Assembly (NCBI GenBank): GCA_964016885.1
Contig: OZ024762.1
Span: 17,608,001 to 17,672,000 of the forward strand
DNA length: 64,000 nt
Origin: Eledone cirrhosa
Taxonomy: Eukaryota
Direction: 5' to 3'
Shown: piece by piece, positions 27,407-40,900 of the stretch
How the letters are laid out: each line of letters opens with the position of its first letter
How positions within the stretch are numbered: position 1 is the stretch's first letter
The notes under the pieces: model-generated
The model's database searches: none
What the model saw: only the letters and a program-made list of their open reading frames with translations
What the model was told of the DNA's origin: nothing
Position numbers and translations under genes: made by a program

Positions 27407-27643
27407 AAACGTTTGTATATGTATAATAAAGCCAAAACAATGCAGGTATGGACATAAGCTATTTAGAACACTGTTTTAACCGCTTTACTTCCCTCCGAAG
27501 AAGAGATATTATCTCGAAAATTAAGGACATTTAAATAAATCTAAGGTAAAAGACTAATTGTCAACAATATCTTTTGCATTTGCATTCTTTATTTTATGTC
27601 CATACCTGCATTGTTTTGGCTTTATTATACATATACAAACGTT

Positions 27644-27650
<7 letters not shown>
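27407..27650. mobile_element. Fold-back element (~54-bp inverted arms) enclosing a hammerhead-like motif at 27492-27526
   Basis: CCT-CCGAAGA-A-GAGAT/ATCTC-GAAA-AT-TA-AGG between inverted arms, flanked by (TA)n. Confidence 0.55.
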
Positions 27651-27675
<25 letters not shown>

Positions 27676-28932
27676 CACACACACACACACAAGAAATAAT
27701 TAAAGAATCTTAATATTTTGGATACTAGTCCTTCATCAAAAGACAGAGTTAGAAATAAAAGATAAAATAGAAAGATAAAGAGTGAGAAGAGGCAGGAACA
27801 GGGGAAAAAAAAAAAACACATGCTTATTCAGTCAGATATTCTGATGATTTTGTGAAAAGTTAAGCAAAAATAACACACTAAAACAATGCTACATATTAGC
27901 TTCCTGCTTGATATAGTAGGTAAAGAGTGTTAACGTTTCGGACACTAGTCCTTCATTAGAAGATAGTATGAGAAAGAGAAAGATAGAGGAGAGTGAGAAG
28001 AAGAAATGGAAGACAAAGCATGTGTGTGTTGAGTCAGCCATTTTGTGTGTGTGTATATGAAAAGTTAACAAGGGAAAATAACACAGGAGAGCAACACACT
28101 ATGTATATATGTTAGTTTAACGCTTGATATAGTAGGAAGAGTTTTAGGCATTAATCCTTCATTAGAAGATATAATGAGAGAGAGAGAAGAAATAGAAAGA
28201 TTGATGAGAGTAAGAAAAGTAATAAAAGTGTGTAGTTAGCTATATTATGATGATGATGTCATGGTAGGAAGGCCATTGAGATGTAGAAAACTTGCCAAAT
28301 GAAGTCTTGTGTCAGGAAAACAAAACAATCTTCCTTCTCACAGACTCTGGAAGGAGTATCTGTTATTCACCATCTATATCTATGTATGTAGGTAAGCATA
28401 AGCAGTATCTCCTGGTGAAATTGTAGGGGAGCCATAGTGACATATGGTGCTTCTTTGGCATTTTAAACCTGGCAGAGTCCACCTTGCCTCTCCATGTCTG
28501 AACATAGCTGATTTCTTCCAGAGATAGAGAGAGAGAGACAGGGAGGGAGTGAAGAAGAATTGACACTAGTACTGGACTTGTACATTTTTGATCAACCTAA
28601 TTAAGAAGAAAGGCAAAGTTGACTTGAGCAGGATTTGAACTCAGGGCAGGGGAAGCCAGAATAAATACCATAAAGCATTCTATCTGACATTCTAATGTAT
28701 TGCTGCCTGTAGACCAATACTGACCTAGGATTAAGCAACAATACTACCATCATAAATACTGCAAGGCATTCTATCTGACAGTCTAACTCAACAAATTAAC
28801 TGTCTGTAGACCAGTGATTCCCAACCCTTTGTGCACCATGCCCCACTCAGCATCAAATTGTTATGTCTCCCTTTGACATGAAAACAGCAATGATCAACTG
28901 CAAGGTGTAAACAAATTGGTGTGGAGGTAGTG

Positions 28933-29661
28933 CACAATAACATGTGGAAGAAGAGGTGAGACAGGAGTTTCTGAGAGTAATGTGTACCATATAGGTGGTG
29001 CCAGATACACAATAACATGTGGAAGAAGAGGCGAGACAGGAGTTTCTGACAGTAATGTGTACCATATAGGTGGTGCCAGATACACAATAACATGTGGAAG
29101 AAGAGGCGAGACAGGAGTTTCTGACAGTAATGTGTACCATATAGGTGGTGCCAGATACACAATAACATGTGGAAGAAGAGGTGAGACAGGAGTTTCTGAC
29201 AGTAATGTGTACCATATACACAATAACATGTGGAAGAAGAGGTGAGACAGGAGTTTCTGACAGTAATGTGTACCATATAGGTGGTGCCAGATACACAATA
29301 ACATGTGGAAGAAGAGGTGAGACAGGAGTTTCTGACAGTAATGTGTACCATATACACAATAACATGTGGAAGAAGAGGCGAGACAGGAGTTTCTGACAGT
29401 AATGTGTACCATATAGGTGGTGCCAGATACACAATAACATGTGGAAGAAGAGGTGAGACAGGAGTTTCTGACAGTAATGTGTACCATATACACAATAACA
29501 TGTGGAAGAAGAGGCGAGACAGGAGTTTCTGACAGTAATGTGTACCATATAGGTGGTGCCAGATACACAATAACATGTGGAAGAAGAAGTGAAACAGGAG
29601 TTTCTGAGAGTAATGTGTACCATATACACAATAACATGTGGAAGAAGAGGTGAGACAGGAG
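28933..29661. repeat. 75/61-bp minisatellite in POLR3G intron 4
   Basis: CACAATAACATGTGGAAGAAGAGG(T/C)GAGACAGGAGTTTCTGACAGTAATGTGTACCATATA(GGTGGTGCCAGATA); the array resumes at 30014-30113. Confidence 0.95.
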
Positions 29662-30013
29662 TGTAGCGGTTGTCTCCCTTGTTTGGATTAACATCTAGAC
29701 GGGAAGTAGAACCCTTTCTGTAACTTCCGGTCAGAACCCTATAAAACTAACAACTTTAAGTTCTCATCCTCTCATTGCCCTTTCGGCACCAGGCCAAGAG
29801 CCTCTCATTTGCCTTCCGGTGCCTGGCCTTAGCCAGGCGTCCTCTGCCAGCCGCGTTTGCCTGGCAATCAAAACGGTAACGACTAACTTTGTTTCATTCT
29901 ATCATCTATTTCTTTGACATGTCAACTATACTATCTACCATTGTTAATTAAATATTATCTACACAAACAATGTATTCCTTGTTGCATTCATACAACCCAG
30001 TACTTTCGCTATA
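29662..30013 (+). mobile_element. Solo LTR (Gypsy-like)
   Basis: 352-bp insertion into the minisatellite. Termini TGTAGCG...CGCTATA, 4-bp TSD GGAG (29658-29661 and 30014-30017), internal TATAAAA and ATTAAA. Confidence 0.8.
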
Positions 30014-30354
30014 GGAGTTTCTGACAGTAATGTGTACCATATAGGTGGTGCCAGATGTACAACAACATGTGTGGAAGAGGAGATGAGACAGGAGTTTCTG
30101 ACAGTAATGTGTATCAAAGTTGCCTTGGTGTAAAAGTAATAGAGTAAAACCTGAGGTAAGTTCTCATTAACATCATTTTCAAATGGCCCCCTTAAACATT
30201 CAAATTTTTCAAGGGGGTGCATGCTCCACATTGGGAATCACTGCCTGTAGACCTATACTGACCTAGGGCTAAACAACAACACTACCATCATAAATACTTT
30301 ACTGACCAATACCAGAAACCTATGTTGACAAACAAATGAAGAAGATAGATTCAC

Positions 30355-30459
30355 CTCCTCTTCTTCCTCTTCTTCATAGTATTCTTCCAGCTCATTCTCT
30401 TCTCCTTCATTTTCTTCAGTTTCATTCTCTTCAGGATTGACATCTTTCTTCTCCAAAGT
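30355..30459 (-). CDS. POLR3G: RPC7 coding exon 4: TLEKKDVNPEENETEENEGEENELEEYYEEEEEEE
   Basis: ttttcag acceptor, gtgaat donor, 105 nt, phase 0/0, acidic region of RPC7. Confidence 0.9.
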
Positions 30460-30762
30460 CTGAAAATATTTATTGATAATACAGTGAACAAAAACAAAAA
30501 CAAAAAAACCCCAGCAACAATTATAAATATATCATCATCAGCAACATTGTTTAACACCTATTTTTCCATGCTTGCATGGGTTAGACAGGTCATCCACATT
30601 ATGAGACAAGTCTGGCCAGTTGGCTGCGCCATACCTTGCTCAAACGGAACTGTATTTTGGCTGGGATTTTTACAGTTGGATGCCCTTCCTAACACCAACC
30701 GTGTTTACAAAATATAAATATATATGGATGTATACAAATAAATATATATATATATATATATA

Positions 30763-31580
30763 TTGGGTTGGCAAGAAAGTAATTTTGGTCTTTTAATGTG
30801 AAATAAAAGTCATTTTTTTTCATACAAAAAAATGAACTTTAAACAATTATATATTTTCCATTTTGTTCGATGACCTTTTGCCGTCTTTCTGGTAACTTCA
30901 TGATTCCGCACTCATAGAACTTCTGGTCCTTATCAGCGAAAAACTGAAGCAAGTGTGATTTCAGGTCATCATCATTACTGAAAGTTTTACCATTGCGTTT
31001 GAGATGCATATCGCAAATATTGATTCGTTGTGTTAAGTGAATCTCTTTCAATTTATATGGACCCCCAATATCGAGCTTCTTAACGAGTCCAAGACATTTT
31101 AAGTGATTTTCAATTGTTGTGTGATACATTTAACCTCTTTGCAATCTCTCGCACAATTATATGACAATCAGATTCAATTATGGCTTTGATTCGGTCATCA
31201 ACTTCAGTAGGTAGACCAGAACGCTGGTCATCTTTGAGTGAAAAATCTCCAGAATGGAATTTTTAAAACCCTTTCTGACATGTGTGTTCTGTTAAGCAAT
31301 CAACACCATAAACTTCACATATCTCTTTGTGAACCTCAGCAGCTTTCTTGCTTTTATGGAAATAAAAAAGCAAAATATGGTGAAAATGTTTGTTTTTGCA
31401 CTCCATGTTAAAAGTGCAACTGAACTAACAGCTGTAAACAAAATTACACGCAATTTGCTTCTAAAGTAAGCTAAAAGTAACGGCTATCAAATGTCTAAAG
31501 GAAAAAATCTCAACATTGACAAAAGTCATTAAAAAAATCGTAACTCTATTTGTAAAAAACGAAATTACTTTCTTGCCAAC

Positions 31581-31584
<4 letters not shown>
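30763..31584 (-). mobile_element. Internally deleted mariner transposon
   Basis: TIRs TTGGGTTGGCAAGAAAGTAATTT within TA context. Transposase remnants MECKNKHFHHILLFYF...EICEVYG (HTH) and ...FYECGIMKLPERRQKVIEQNGKYI; the catalytic core is missing. Confidence 0.9.
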
Positions 31585-31617
<33 letters not shown>

Positions 31618-31976
31618 CTAACTAGAAGGGATATTTAATTTGTTGGAAATCCAACAAATATAAATGTTTATAACTGATTCAGAGCACTCGACAGATTTCT
31701 GGAGCAAATATTCAATGATATTAAATAAATGGAAACCATATTTATTCTATTATATATATTTCAAGGGTACCAAAAAACTTTGGTACACTTTCATCAGATA
31801 AAATACCCAGGGAATATTCAACTGATAAGGTATGATTTTCCTTGGCTATGTCAAAATTTATAAAACACTCTTCGTATTTTATCTGATGAAAGCGTACCAA
31901 AGTTTTTTGGTACCCTTGAAATATATATAATAGAATAAATATGGTTTTATAAATGTAGTTTCCATTTAATTAATAT

Positions 31977-32038
<62 letters not shown>

Positions 32039-32456
32039 GTATATATAGATATGTATATATATATATATACATACATATATTGGTTTGTGTGTGTATACAT
32101 ACATATATACGTATTATAAAGTGAAAATTACTGGAGGCCAAAAACCCTTTCTGACATGTGTGTTCTGTTAAGCAATCAACACCATAAACTTCACATATCT
32201 CTTTGTGAACCTCAGCAGCTTTCTTGCTTTTATGGAAATAAAAAAGCAAAATATGGTGAAAATGTTTGTTTTTGCACTCCATGTTAAAAGTGCAACTGAA
32301 CTAACAGCTGTAAACAAAATTACACGCAATTTGCTTCTAAAGTAAGCTAAAAGTAACGGCTATCAAATGTCTAAAGGAAAAAATCTCAACATTGACAAAA
32401 GTCATTAAAAAAATCGTAACTCTATTTGTAAAAAACGAAATTACTTTCTTGCCAAC

Positions 32457-32509
<53 letters not shown>

Positions 32510-32868
32510 CTAACTAGAAGGGATATTTAATTTGTTGGAAATCCAACAAATATAAATGTTTATAACTGATTCAGAGCACTCGACAGATTTCTGGAGCAAA
32601 TATTCAATGATATTAAATAAATGGAAACCATATTTATTCTATTATATATATTTCAAGGGTACCAAAAAACTTTGGTACACTTTCATCAGATAAAATACCC
32701 AGGGAATATTCAACTGATAAGGTATGATTTTCCTTGGCTATGTCAAAATTTATAAAACACTCTTCGTATTTTATCTGATGAAAGCGTACCAAAGTTTTTT
32801 GGTACCCTTGAAATATATATAATAGAATAAATATGGTTTTATAAATGTAGTTTCCATTTAATTAATAT

Positions 32869-32910
<42 letters not shown>

Positions 32911-33016
32911 GTATATATAGATATGTATATATATATATATACATACATATATTGGTTTGTGTGTGTATACATACATATATACGTATTATAAAGTGAAAAT
33001 TACTGGAGGCCAAAAA
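31266..33016. repeat. Direct tandem duplication of ~875 bp (mariner left end plus fold-back element)
   Basis: 31266-~32143 is repeated at 32141-~33016 and appears to differ only in (TA)n lengths. Confidence 0.9.
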
Positions 33017-33276
33017 TGTTGAATTTCCTTAATTATTTATTTCAGTGGCCAGGTTGTGTAAGAACCTGGTGACATCCTCAGGTGTCACACATAGTGACAT
33101 ACACACATAGTGACATACACACAAACAGCGACATACACACAAACAGCGACATACACGCACACACAGTGACATACCCACAGACTGACACACACAGTGACAT
33201 ACACACATACAGCGACATACACACACACACAGTGACACACCCACAACATATATTAGGGAGTAAAGCAGAAGTTTAC

Positions 33277-33398
33277 CTCCAAAGTCTGGAGAACTTCAGC
33301 AGCTTCAGCCTTGGTCGGAACATTTGGTTTCGGAGTAAACCTCACTTTCTTTAGCTTCTTCTTCAGTGTTTTCAGTTCGGAAGGAAGACGGTCCCAGT
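33277..33398 (-). CDS. POLR3G: RPC7 coding exon 3: (D)WDRLPSELKTLKKKLKKVRFTPKPNVPTKAEAAEVLQTLE
   Basis: AG/GT, 122 nt, phase 1/0. PDW.RLP.E is the conserved RPC7 motif. Confidence 0.92.
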
Positions 33399-33518
33399 CT
33401 ATATATTATACACACAAATATATATATATATATGCAAAAGTTTTATTTAAAATTGTTGGGTTACAATGAGTAAATATTTTATAACTGATATAAAGCACTC
33501 AACAAGTTTTGGAGTAGA

Positions 33519-34117
33519 TATACGATATTAAACAAATGGAAACTATATTTATAAAACCATATTTATTTCATTATACATATTTCAGGGATACCATATTAAA
33601 AATATGGCATGCCTTCTTCAGATAAAATACAATATATAAGCAGTTTTATAAATAAATTTGACGTACCATAAAATATTGATCAACTTCCATTTAAAAAAGT
33701 TGGTTTGGTAGTGAAATGTTTGTAAATATTTAGTGTTGAGCATAGTTAGAAAGAAAGACGGAGAAAAGGAATAAATGTATGTAAAGAAAAACAGAGAGAG
33801 ATAGAGAGAGATATGGGAGAGAGAAATAGTGAGGAGGTGAAAAATGAGAGGCAGCTGAGGTAACAGATGAATAATAATAATCATCATACAAATATGCTCA
33901 ACACTAAATATTTACAAACATTTCACTACCAAACCAACTTTTTTAAATGGAAGTTGATCAATATTTTATGGTACGTCAAATTTATTTATAAAACTGCTTA
34001 TATATTGTATTTTATCTGAAGAAGGCATGCCATATTTTTAATATGGTATCCCTGAAATATGTATAATGAAATAAATATGGTTTTATAAATATAGTTTCCA
34101 TTTGTTTAATATCGTAT
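33519..34117. mobile_element. Fold-back element, ~225-bp inverted arms each with a hammerhead-like core
   Basis: 33519-33743 is reverse-complementary to 33894-34117. The core TTTTATCTGAAGA...GAAATATGTA is shared with 31874, 32768 and 60298. Confidence 0.7.
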
Positions 34118-35113
34118 ATATATATATATATACCAGGTGTGTATATTAAATACACAAAAATATATATATATATATATAAATAGAAGGGATATTTAATTTG
34201 TTGGAAATCCAACAAATATAAATATAACTGTTTATAACTAATTTAGAGCACTCAACATGTTCCTGGAGTAAATATTCAATGATATTATGGTTTTATAAAT
34301 ATAGTTTCCATTTATTTAATATCATTGTATATATATATATTTGTGTGTATATTATACATACAAATAAATATATATATATATATATATATCAGGTGTGTAT
34401 ATTACACACACACACATATATCAGGTGTGTATATTATACACACAAATATAAATATATATATATCAGGTGTGTATGTTACACACACAAATATATATATATC
34501 AGGTGTGTATGTTACACACACAAATATATATATATCAGATGTGTATATTACACACACAAATATATATATATCAGGTGTATATATTACACACACAAATATA
34601 TATATATATATATCAGGTGTATATATATATATCAGGTGTATATATTACACACAAATATATATATATCAGGTGTATATATTACACACACACAAACATATAT
34701 ATATATATATATATCAGGTGTGTATATTACACACACACATATATATATATATATATATCAGGCGTGTATATTACACAAATATATATATATATATCAGGTG
34801 TATATATTATACACACAAATATATATCATCATCATCATCGATTAACGTCCATCTTCCACGCTAGTATGGGTTAGACGGGTCCTATTTTAAGGCAAGTTGT
34901 GTCAGGTGACCGTGTCTCCCTGAAATAGGGGTGCTTCTGGCAGGTTTTCTATGGCTGGATGCCCTTCCTAACGCCAACCACATTGACAGTGTGGGCTGGG
35001 TACTTCTTGCCGTGTCTTGTATAGCTGTGTATATTACACATACAAATGTACATTATGGATATCAAGTGTGGATACTACACACACAAATATACATGATAAT
35101 ACATGTATATATA

Positions 35114-35455
35114 GGCACATGGCTTAGTGGTTAGAGCATTGGCTTTGCAATCGAAAGGTTGTGAGTTCAATTCTCAGACCGGGTGATGTGTTGTTTCCTT
35201 GAGCAAGACACTTTATTTCACATTGCTCCAGTTTACTCAGCTGTAGAAATGAGATGATAGGGACTGGGGTCCCTATCATTCCACTGCAAAGTGGTCGTGG
35301 AGGTGCCACGGCAAAAAACGCACCCTGCACTCACTGTAAATGAGGTTGGTGTTAGGAAGGGCATCCAGCTGTAGAAATCAAGCCAGAATCAGTTCCCGTC
35401 CCACCCTTGCAAGCAGGGAACAAGTGGACGTAAAATGAAATGATGAAATGATGAT
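35114..35455 (+). mobile_element. tRNA-derived SINE with CORE/Meta-like centre and RTE-derived 3' tail
   Basis: A box TGGCTTAGTGG, B box GAGTTCAATTC and CCTTGAGCAAGACACTT. The tail GGTTGGTGTTAGGAAGGGCATCCAGCTGTAGAAA is shared with the RTE 3' UTR. Confidence 0.85.
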
Positions 35456-35842
35456 TAACTCTAACATAGCTCTGTATATGAAATACGTGAAGTTGTATAT
35501 CTAGCGACATACGGTATGTTTATAAATAAACATTTTCAAAGCCTTTTTCCCCCACTCAGATACCTTATAACTCATTTTTCTTCTTTATATTTGTTTTTAC
35601 ATTTCCTTCTTATTTATCTCTACTGCATTGACTAGGATATCAACTATATGATTACTTAATTATTACGTTCTATACTTTAAATTCACCTGTCATTAAATTT
35701 ACTTCAGGTTTGGGGGGGGGGGGGGGGGTCTCCTCATACACAAAACATGATATCCAGCCCTGACCATCGACTGCTACAAGGAATCAAACCTTGTATCTAG
35801 GTGCTTTGAACCATTAAGCTTAATTAGCCAGTATCTAGGAAA

Positions 35843-36352
35843 TCATCATCATCATCATCATCATCATCAGGTTTAGCGTCCGTGTTCCACGCTTGCATGG
35901 GTTTGGACGGGGGTTTTCCCACTTGAGGCAAGAGTGGTTGTCTTGCTCGCATAGGACTGTCTGGCGGGTTTTCTACAGCTGGATGCCCTTCCTAACACCA
36001 ACCACATTTACAGTGTGGGGCTGGGAGGTTTTTACCGTGTTGCCTACACGGCCACATTACAGCGTGGACTGTCTGGCGGGTTTTCTACAGCTGGATGCCC
36101 TTCCTAACACCAACCACATTTACAGTGTGGGGCTGGGAGGTTTTTACCGTGTTGCCTACACGGCCACATTTACAGCGTGGACTGTGTGTTTTTTTGTCGT
36201 GACTGACACCTACACGATCTCATTTGTTTCGGCCTGGATGTTGTGGGACCAACATAACTTTACATTGAAAGGGGCGGTGTGGATGGGGTGGAGGTGGTGG
36301 GACGGGGGTGTGTTTTGATAGAGATGCCTACTGACTGTAGTAGGTTTTTACT
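35843..36352 (-). mobile_element. RTE 3' UTR fragment (same family as 16828-20309)
   Basis: Near-identical to 19840-20309 in reverse orientation, with (GAT)n tail. Confidence 0.92.
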
Positions 36353-36429
36353 TGAGGTTCAATTCCATGTAGTGGCTGTCAACTTCTTTTTCTGTCTTTA
36401 AGGTCCTCACCCTATTTTATAGCATCTCT

Positions 36430-37236
36430 CCACATGAGCACCCCTCTAAACATTTCACGGACCTTGACTTTGTGGATGACATTGCACTTCTTACAGATTG
36501 CCTAGAAAATGCGCAACAACTTTTGACATCACTCCGGGAAGCAGCCATCCTTGTTAGCCTTTATTTCAACGAGGGTAACACAGAGTACATATCAAACTGA
36601 ACAGGCAACAGCATCAAAGCAATCAACGGCAGTGATATCAAGCAAGTTAAGGATTTTAAGTATCTTGGGTCCTGGATCATGGACTCTGAGAAGGATTTTG
36701 CCTCCAGAAAGGCTCAAGGATGGTCAGCTTGCAACAAGATAGATCGAGTTTGGTGCTCAAATCTTTCCAACCACACCAAGATCAGACTCTTCCAAGTAAC
36801 AATTCAACCAATCTTGCTATATGGAAGTGAAACATGGACGCTTTCATCCAAACAACAAAAGCACCTTGATGGCACTTACACTCGCCTGCTTCAACATATT
36901 CAGAACATAAGCTGGTGACATCTGACTTTGAGAGAGATATATGCCGGCCTCCCACGGATATCTGTCGTTGTACATAAAAGGAGAGTAAGATTTGCTGGCC
37001 ACTGCCATCGTGCCACCTATGAGGCTGTGTCCCCATTAGTGCTTTGGAAACCACAAGCAGTCACTGATAACAGGGGACACAAGCTCTCCTAACCCCGATG
37101 TCATCTCCAGAGATTCTGCTATTGAAATCCAGGACTTGGCAAATGTAATGAACGACAGACCCACGTGGAGATCAATTGTTGAGTCGATTTCGGCTGAGGC
37201 TGCTGGATGATGATGATTATGATGATGATGATGATG
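36430..37236 (+). mobile_element. Degenerate LINE 3' fragment (second family)
   Basis: DLDFVDDIALL, FKYLGSWI and ILLYGSETW with stops/frameshifts; (GAT)n tail. Confidence 0.85.
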
Positions 37237-37304
37237 ATATATATAAGTCATTGTTTGTTTTTTTAAATGTACCTGTGTATGCCAAACATAAAACAACATC
37301 AAAC

Positions 37305-37500
37305 CTGGTTGAAAACAATTGTTTCCATCGTTGCCACTGAACTGGTATTTATCAGAATATCGTTGAATGTCTTTCTTCTTTTCAGTTACTTTTAAGTAAA
37401 ATGGTGATTCGCAGATGGTTCCACGGAATTCATGTTTTAATGCAATCATATAATCCGATTCCTCACCTTGTAGAAGTGGCACAGCTTTCAATTCCAAAGT
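37305..37500 (-). CDS. POLR3G: RPC7 coding exon 2: TLELKAVPLLQGEESDYMIALKHEFRGTICESPFYLKVTEKKKDIQRYSDKYQFSGNDGNNCFQP
   Basis: AG/GT, 196 nt, phase 0/1. Matches the RPC7 pattern K.VPL..GEE..YM.ALK.E.R.T....P.....DI.RYS..Y. Confidence 0.93.
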
Positions 37501-38133
37501 CTAATGTGTAGAAATATATAAACATATATACATTTTATATGGGAGGTAAACAGAGTTACATATTATCTGAAATATGATTAAGAATGTATATATATATATA
37601 TATATATTCTTAATCATATATATATATATATATACATTCTTAATCATATATATATACATTTTTAATCATATATATATATATATATTATATATATATATAT
37701 ATACATTCTTAATCATATATATATATATATATATACATTCTTAATCATATATATATATATACATTCTTAATCATATATATATATATGTAGGCGCCACGGA
37801 AAAAGCACCCAGCACTCACTGTAAATGAGGTTGGTGTTAGCAAGGGCATCCAGCTGTAGAAATCAAGCCATGGTCAGCCGACCAGACAGTGCCCACAACA
37901 GGACAACCCGTCTAACCCATGCTAGCATGGAAGAACAGACGTAAAACGGTGATGATGATGATGATGATGATGATGATATATATATACATTCTTAATCATA
38001 TATATATATATATTATATATATACATTCTTAATCATATATATATATTGCAAGTAAGTATGTTTTGAAACAGTGAGCAGGTTTGAAAGTAGAAAAGCTTTC
38101 ACCGTATTTTGGTGAAAGCTATTCTGTTTTCTA

Positions 38134-38851
38134 CTAGAGAGGAACGAAGCTTGCATGCTCCGCTGGATGTGTAACAGTAATATACGTGAACGGCAAAGCA
38201 TAAACGAACTAAGGAAAAAATTAGAGATAAGAGGGATCAGATGTTGTTTACTCGAGAGAAGGCTGCGTTGGTATGGACACGTGATGCGCATGAAAGTCGA
38301 TAGCTGTATTACAAAGTGCAGGGCAATAAAGATAGACGGTAGCCACGGAATAGGCAGACCTAGAAAAACATGGGATGAGCTGATAAACTCCGACCTCACA
38401 CACTTACACCTCTCCAAGACAATGTCACTGGACCGTGACCTTTGGCGGTACTCAGTAACAGAGAAGACCCGCCTTGCCAGTAGGCATCTCTAACAAAATA
38501 CACCCCTCCCGCCGCCACCCCCACCCCATCCACACCACCCCGTTCTATGTAAAGTTATGTTGGTGCCGCGCCATCCAGGCCGAAACAAATGAGATCGTGT
38601 AGGTGTCACGACAAAAAAACACACAGTCCACGCTGTAATGTGGCCGTGTAGGCAACACGGTAAAAACCTCCCAGACCCACACTGTAAATGTGGTTGGTGT
38701 TAGGAAGGGCATCCAACTGTAGAAAACCTGCCAGACAGTCCTATGCGAGCAAGACAATCACTCTTGCCTCAAGTGGGACTACCCCCGTCCAAACCCATGC
38801 AAGCGTGGAACACGGACGTTAAACGTTGATGATGATGATGATGATGATGAT
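38134..38851 (+). mobile_element. 5'-truncated RTE copy (ORF C-terminus plus 3' UTR)
   Basis: Highly similar to 19480-20309; lacks the internal 3' UTR duplication. Confidence 0.93.
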
Positions 38852-39919
38852 ATAATATTATATATATACATTCTTTATCATATATATATTATATATAAAT
38901 ATTCTTAATCATACATATATATATTCATAATCATATATATACTGTATATATATATAAGTTAAAACAATTAAATAAAAATCAAGTTATTAGAGATATACTT
39001 CACTGCTTTACGATCGTTTCTAGATGGTGATAATACATTGTATCTATACTCAGTTATTGATCTATGTAAGTTTATGTGAGTTCTTCATACAGAATAGACC
39101 CCACAACTTACAGTGGATACTTCTGTGTATATATATATATATATTCATAATCATATATATACACATTCTTAATAATTTTATATATATATATAATATATAT
39201 ACATTCTTTATCATATATATATATATATATTAATTATTAAAAAATCTGAGGCTTGCAAACATAAATTGCACAAAACTTTCCTGTATTACAGCCCCACATT
39301 ATACCCTAACATATAGTACGAACTATACGCAGATATTTTACGTCTTGATGTGGTAGCTAAGTATATGTTATGTTTATACCATTACTTATTTGTATAGGTA
39401 AGTATATACTATCTGTATGTTTTGTGATATGGTAGCTAAGTATATGTTATGTTTATGTTCCATAAACACACCTTGCCCTGCTTGTGCCTTAGAGGGAATT
39501 TTCCAGGTGCAAAACCATGGTCATCTGTGATCAAAGGGAGCATACGATATATATATATATATATAAGTGAAAGCAACTGGTGCGTGTGTTTCTTATTCGC
39601 AACATGATTCTCCCAAAGCATAACAATATCGGTTTCAACACACGTTTTCAGATAAAGAATCTTGCTAAACAAATTCAGAAACGATATATATATATATATA
39701 TATATACGTGGAAAAGTAAGAAATCGGAGAATAGACGGTTAAAACATGTTTATTTTCCACGTGCTTACGCTCTGCTAACTCTCTAGCCCACTAAATATTA
39801 ACACTTCGAATATTTAATACTGCCGGCACTAGTATCGAGCACCTTTGGCATACGCTACTTGGCAAATAACTATATGTATCACATATCCTCCTCTTTTTTT
39901 CTCTCTCTCCATACGTAAA

Positions 39920-39974
<55 letters not shown>

Positions 39975-40786
39975 TATATATCACAGAAAAAAAAAAGAAT
40001 CAGTGTTGCGACAAATGGAATTTATTGGACATATTGCAATCGTTTCTCGAGGCACGATCGATGTGATGATCGAACCTGACTCTGAAAATCGCAAGGTCTT
40101 GATTCTACGAAGCAGATTTTTTTACGAGAGCATCGAGTGCTCATACGGCCTACCGCACACGGACGCTTTAAGTATCCAACACCAATTATATACATATACA
40201 CATATATACATATATTGTTATATTTGGGGAGAATCATATTGTTATAATATTGCCAGAAATATAAAATAAAACACACTCACTGTTTGGTTTGGATTGGTTT
40301 TCGCGTCTGTATATTTAAATCCCTATCGTTAGTTTACATAAAAAGTTATTGAAAGACAGTTTTCTGTTATATAAAAACTACAACTACACATTTTTTTCGT
40401 CAGAAAAAACCCCCAAACACATGTATTGAGTGCTCGTTGAGTTTGTGTATCACTGTTCTATGTATGTGGGAGCAGAGTTCACAAACACTTCTTCCAGCGG
40501 GTCCTGTCGGAAGCAACCGTCTCCGGGACCCGCAAGCGAGACCAGCCAAGTAGGGTATCCTCATAAAATGTATACATATTTTGATTACCTGTACAGGCAA
40601 TATTTATTAGAATGCTGTTGAAGAGTGTAACAGGACAAGTACTGTTTCATTCGCTTGATTTCAACCGAATTATATATAAATATTGTTTTATTTATATTAA
40701 TGTATCATGTGGGGGGAAATTATTCTAAAGGAACACCGGTTTAAATGTTAGTTGAAAGCAAATATAAAGGGATTGGAGATACTTAC

Positions 40787-40900
40787 AGGAAACAAAGGTG
40801 GTGGTTGGTGAATTGGTTGAGGAAGGGCATCGCCCCGGTTGAATCCTAAAAGCCCAATGTTAAACGTTGCACCACCGCGACCCCTTCCACGTCCAGCCAT
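40787..40900 (-). CDS. POLR3G: RPC7 coding exon 1: MAGRGRGRGGATFNIGLLGFNRGDALPQPIHQPPPLFP
   Basis: ATG at 40900, gtaagt donor, 114 nt. Matches the RPC7 N-terminus MAG..GRGR...TFNI...GF..G..LP.....PPPLFP. Likely co-ortholog of vertebrate POLR3G/POLR3GL. Confidence 0.95.

Noticed and set aside
28788-29694. ~260-aa repetitive ORFs
   Set aside because: Minisatellite translations within a POLR3G intron.
30451-33288. Identical CAGACTTTGGAG at the end of RPC7 exon 3 and the start of exon 4
   Set aside because: Short match; both junctions are canonical and in frame, so there is no support for mis-annotation or intron gain.
5832-40900. Functional link between the putative Pol III RNAs or intronic SINEs and the neighbouring Pol III subunit gene
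   Set aside because: They are ~19 kb apart and SINEs are ubiquitous here; proximity alone is no evidence.
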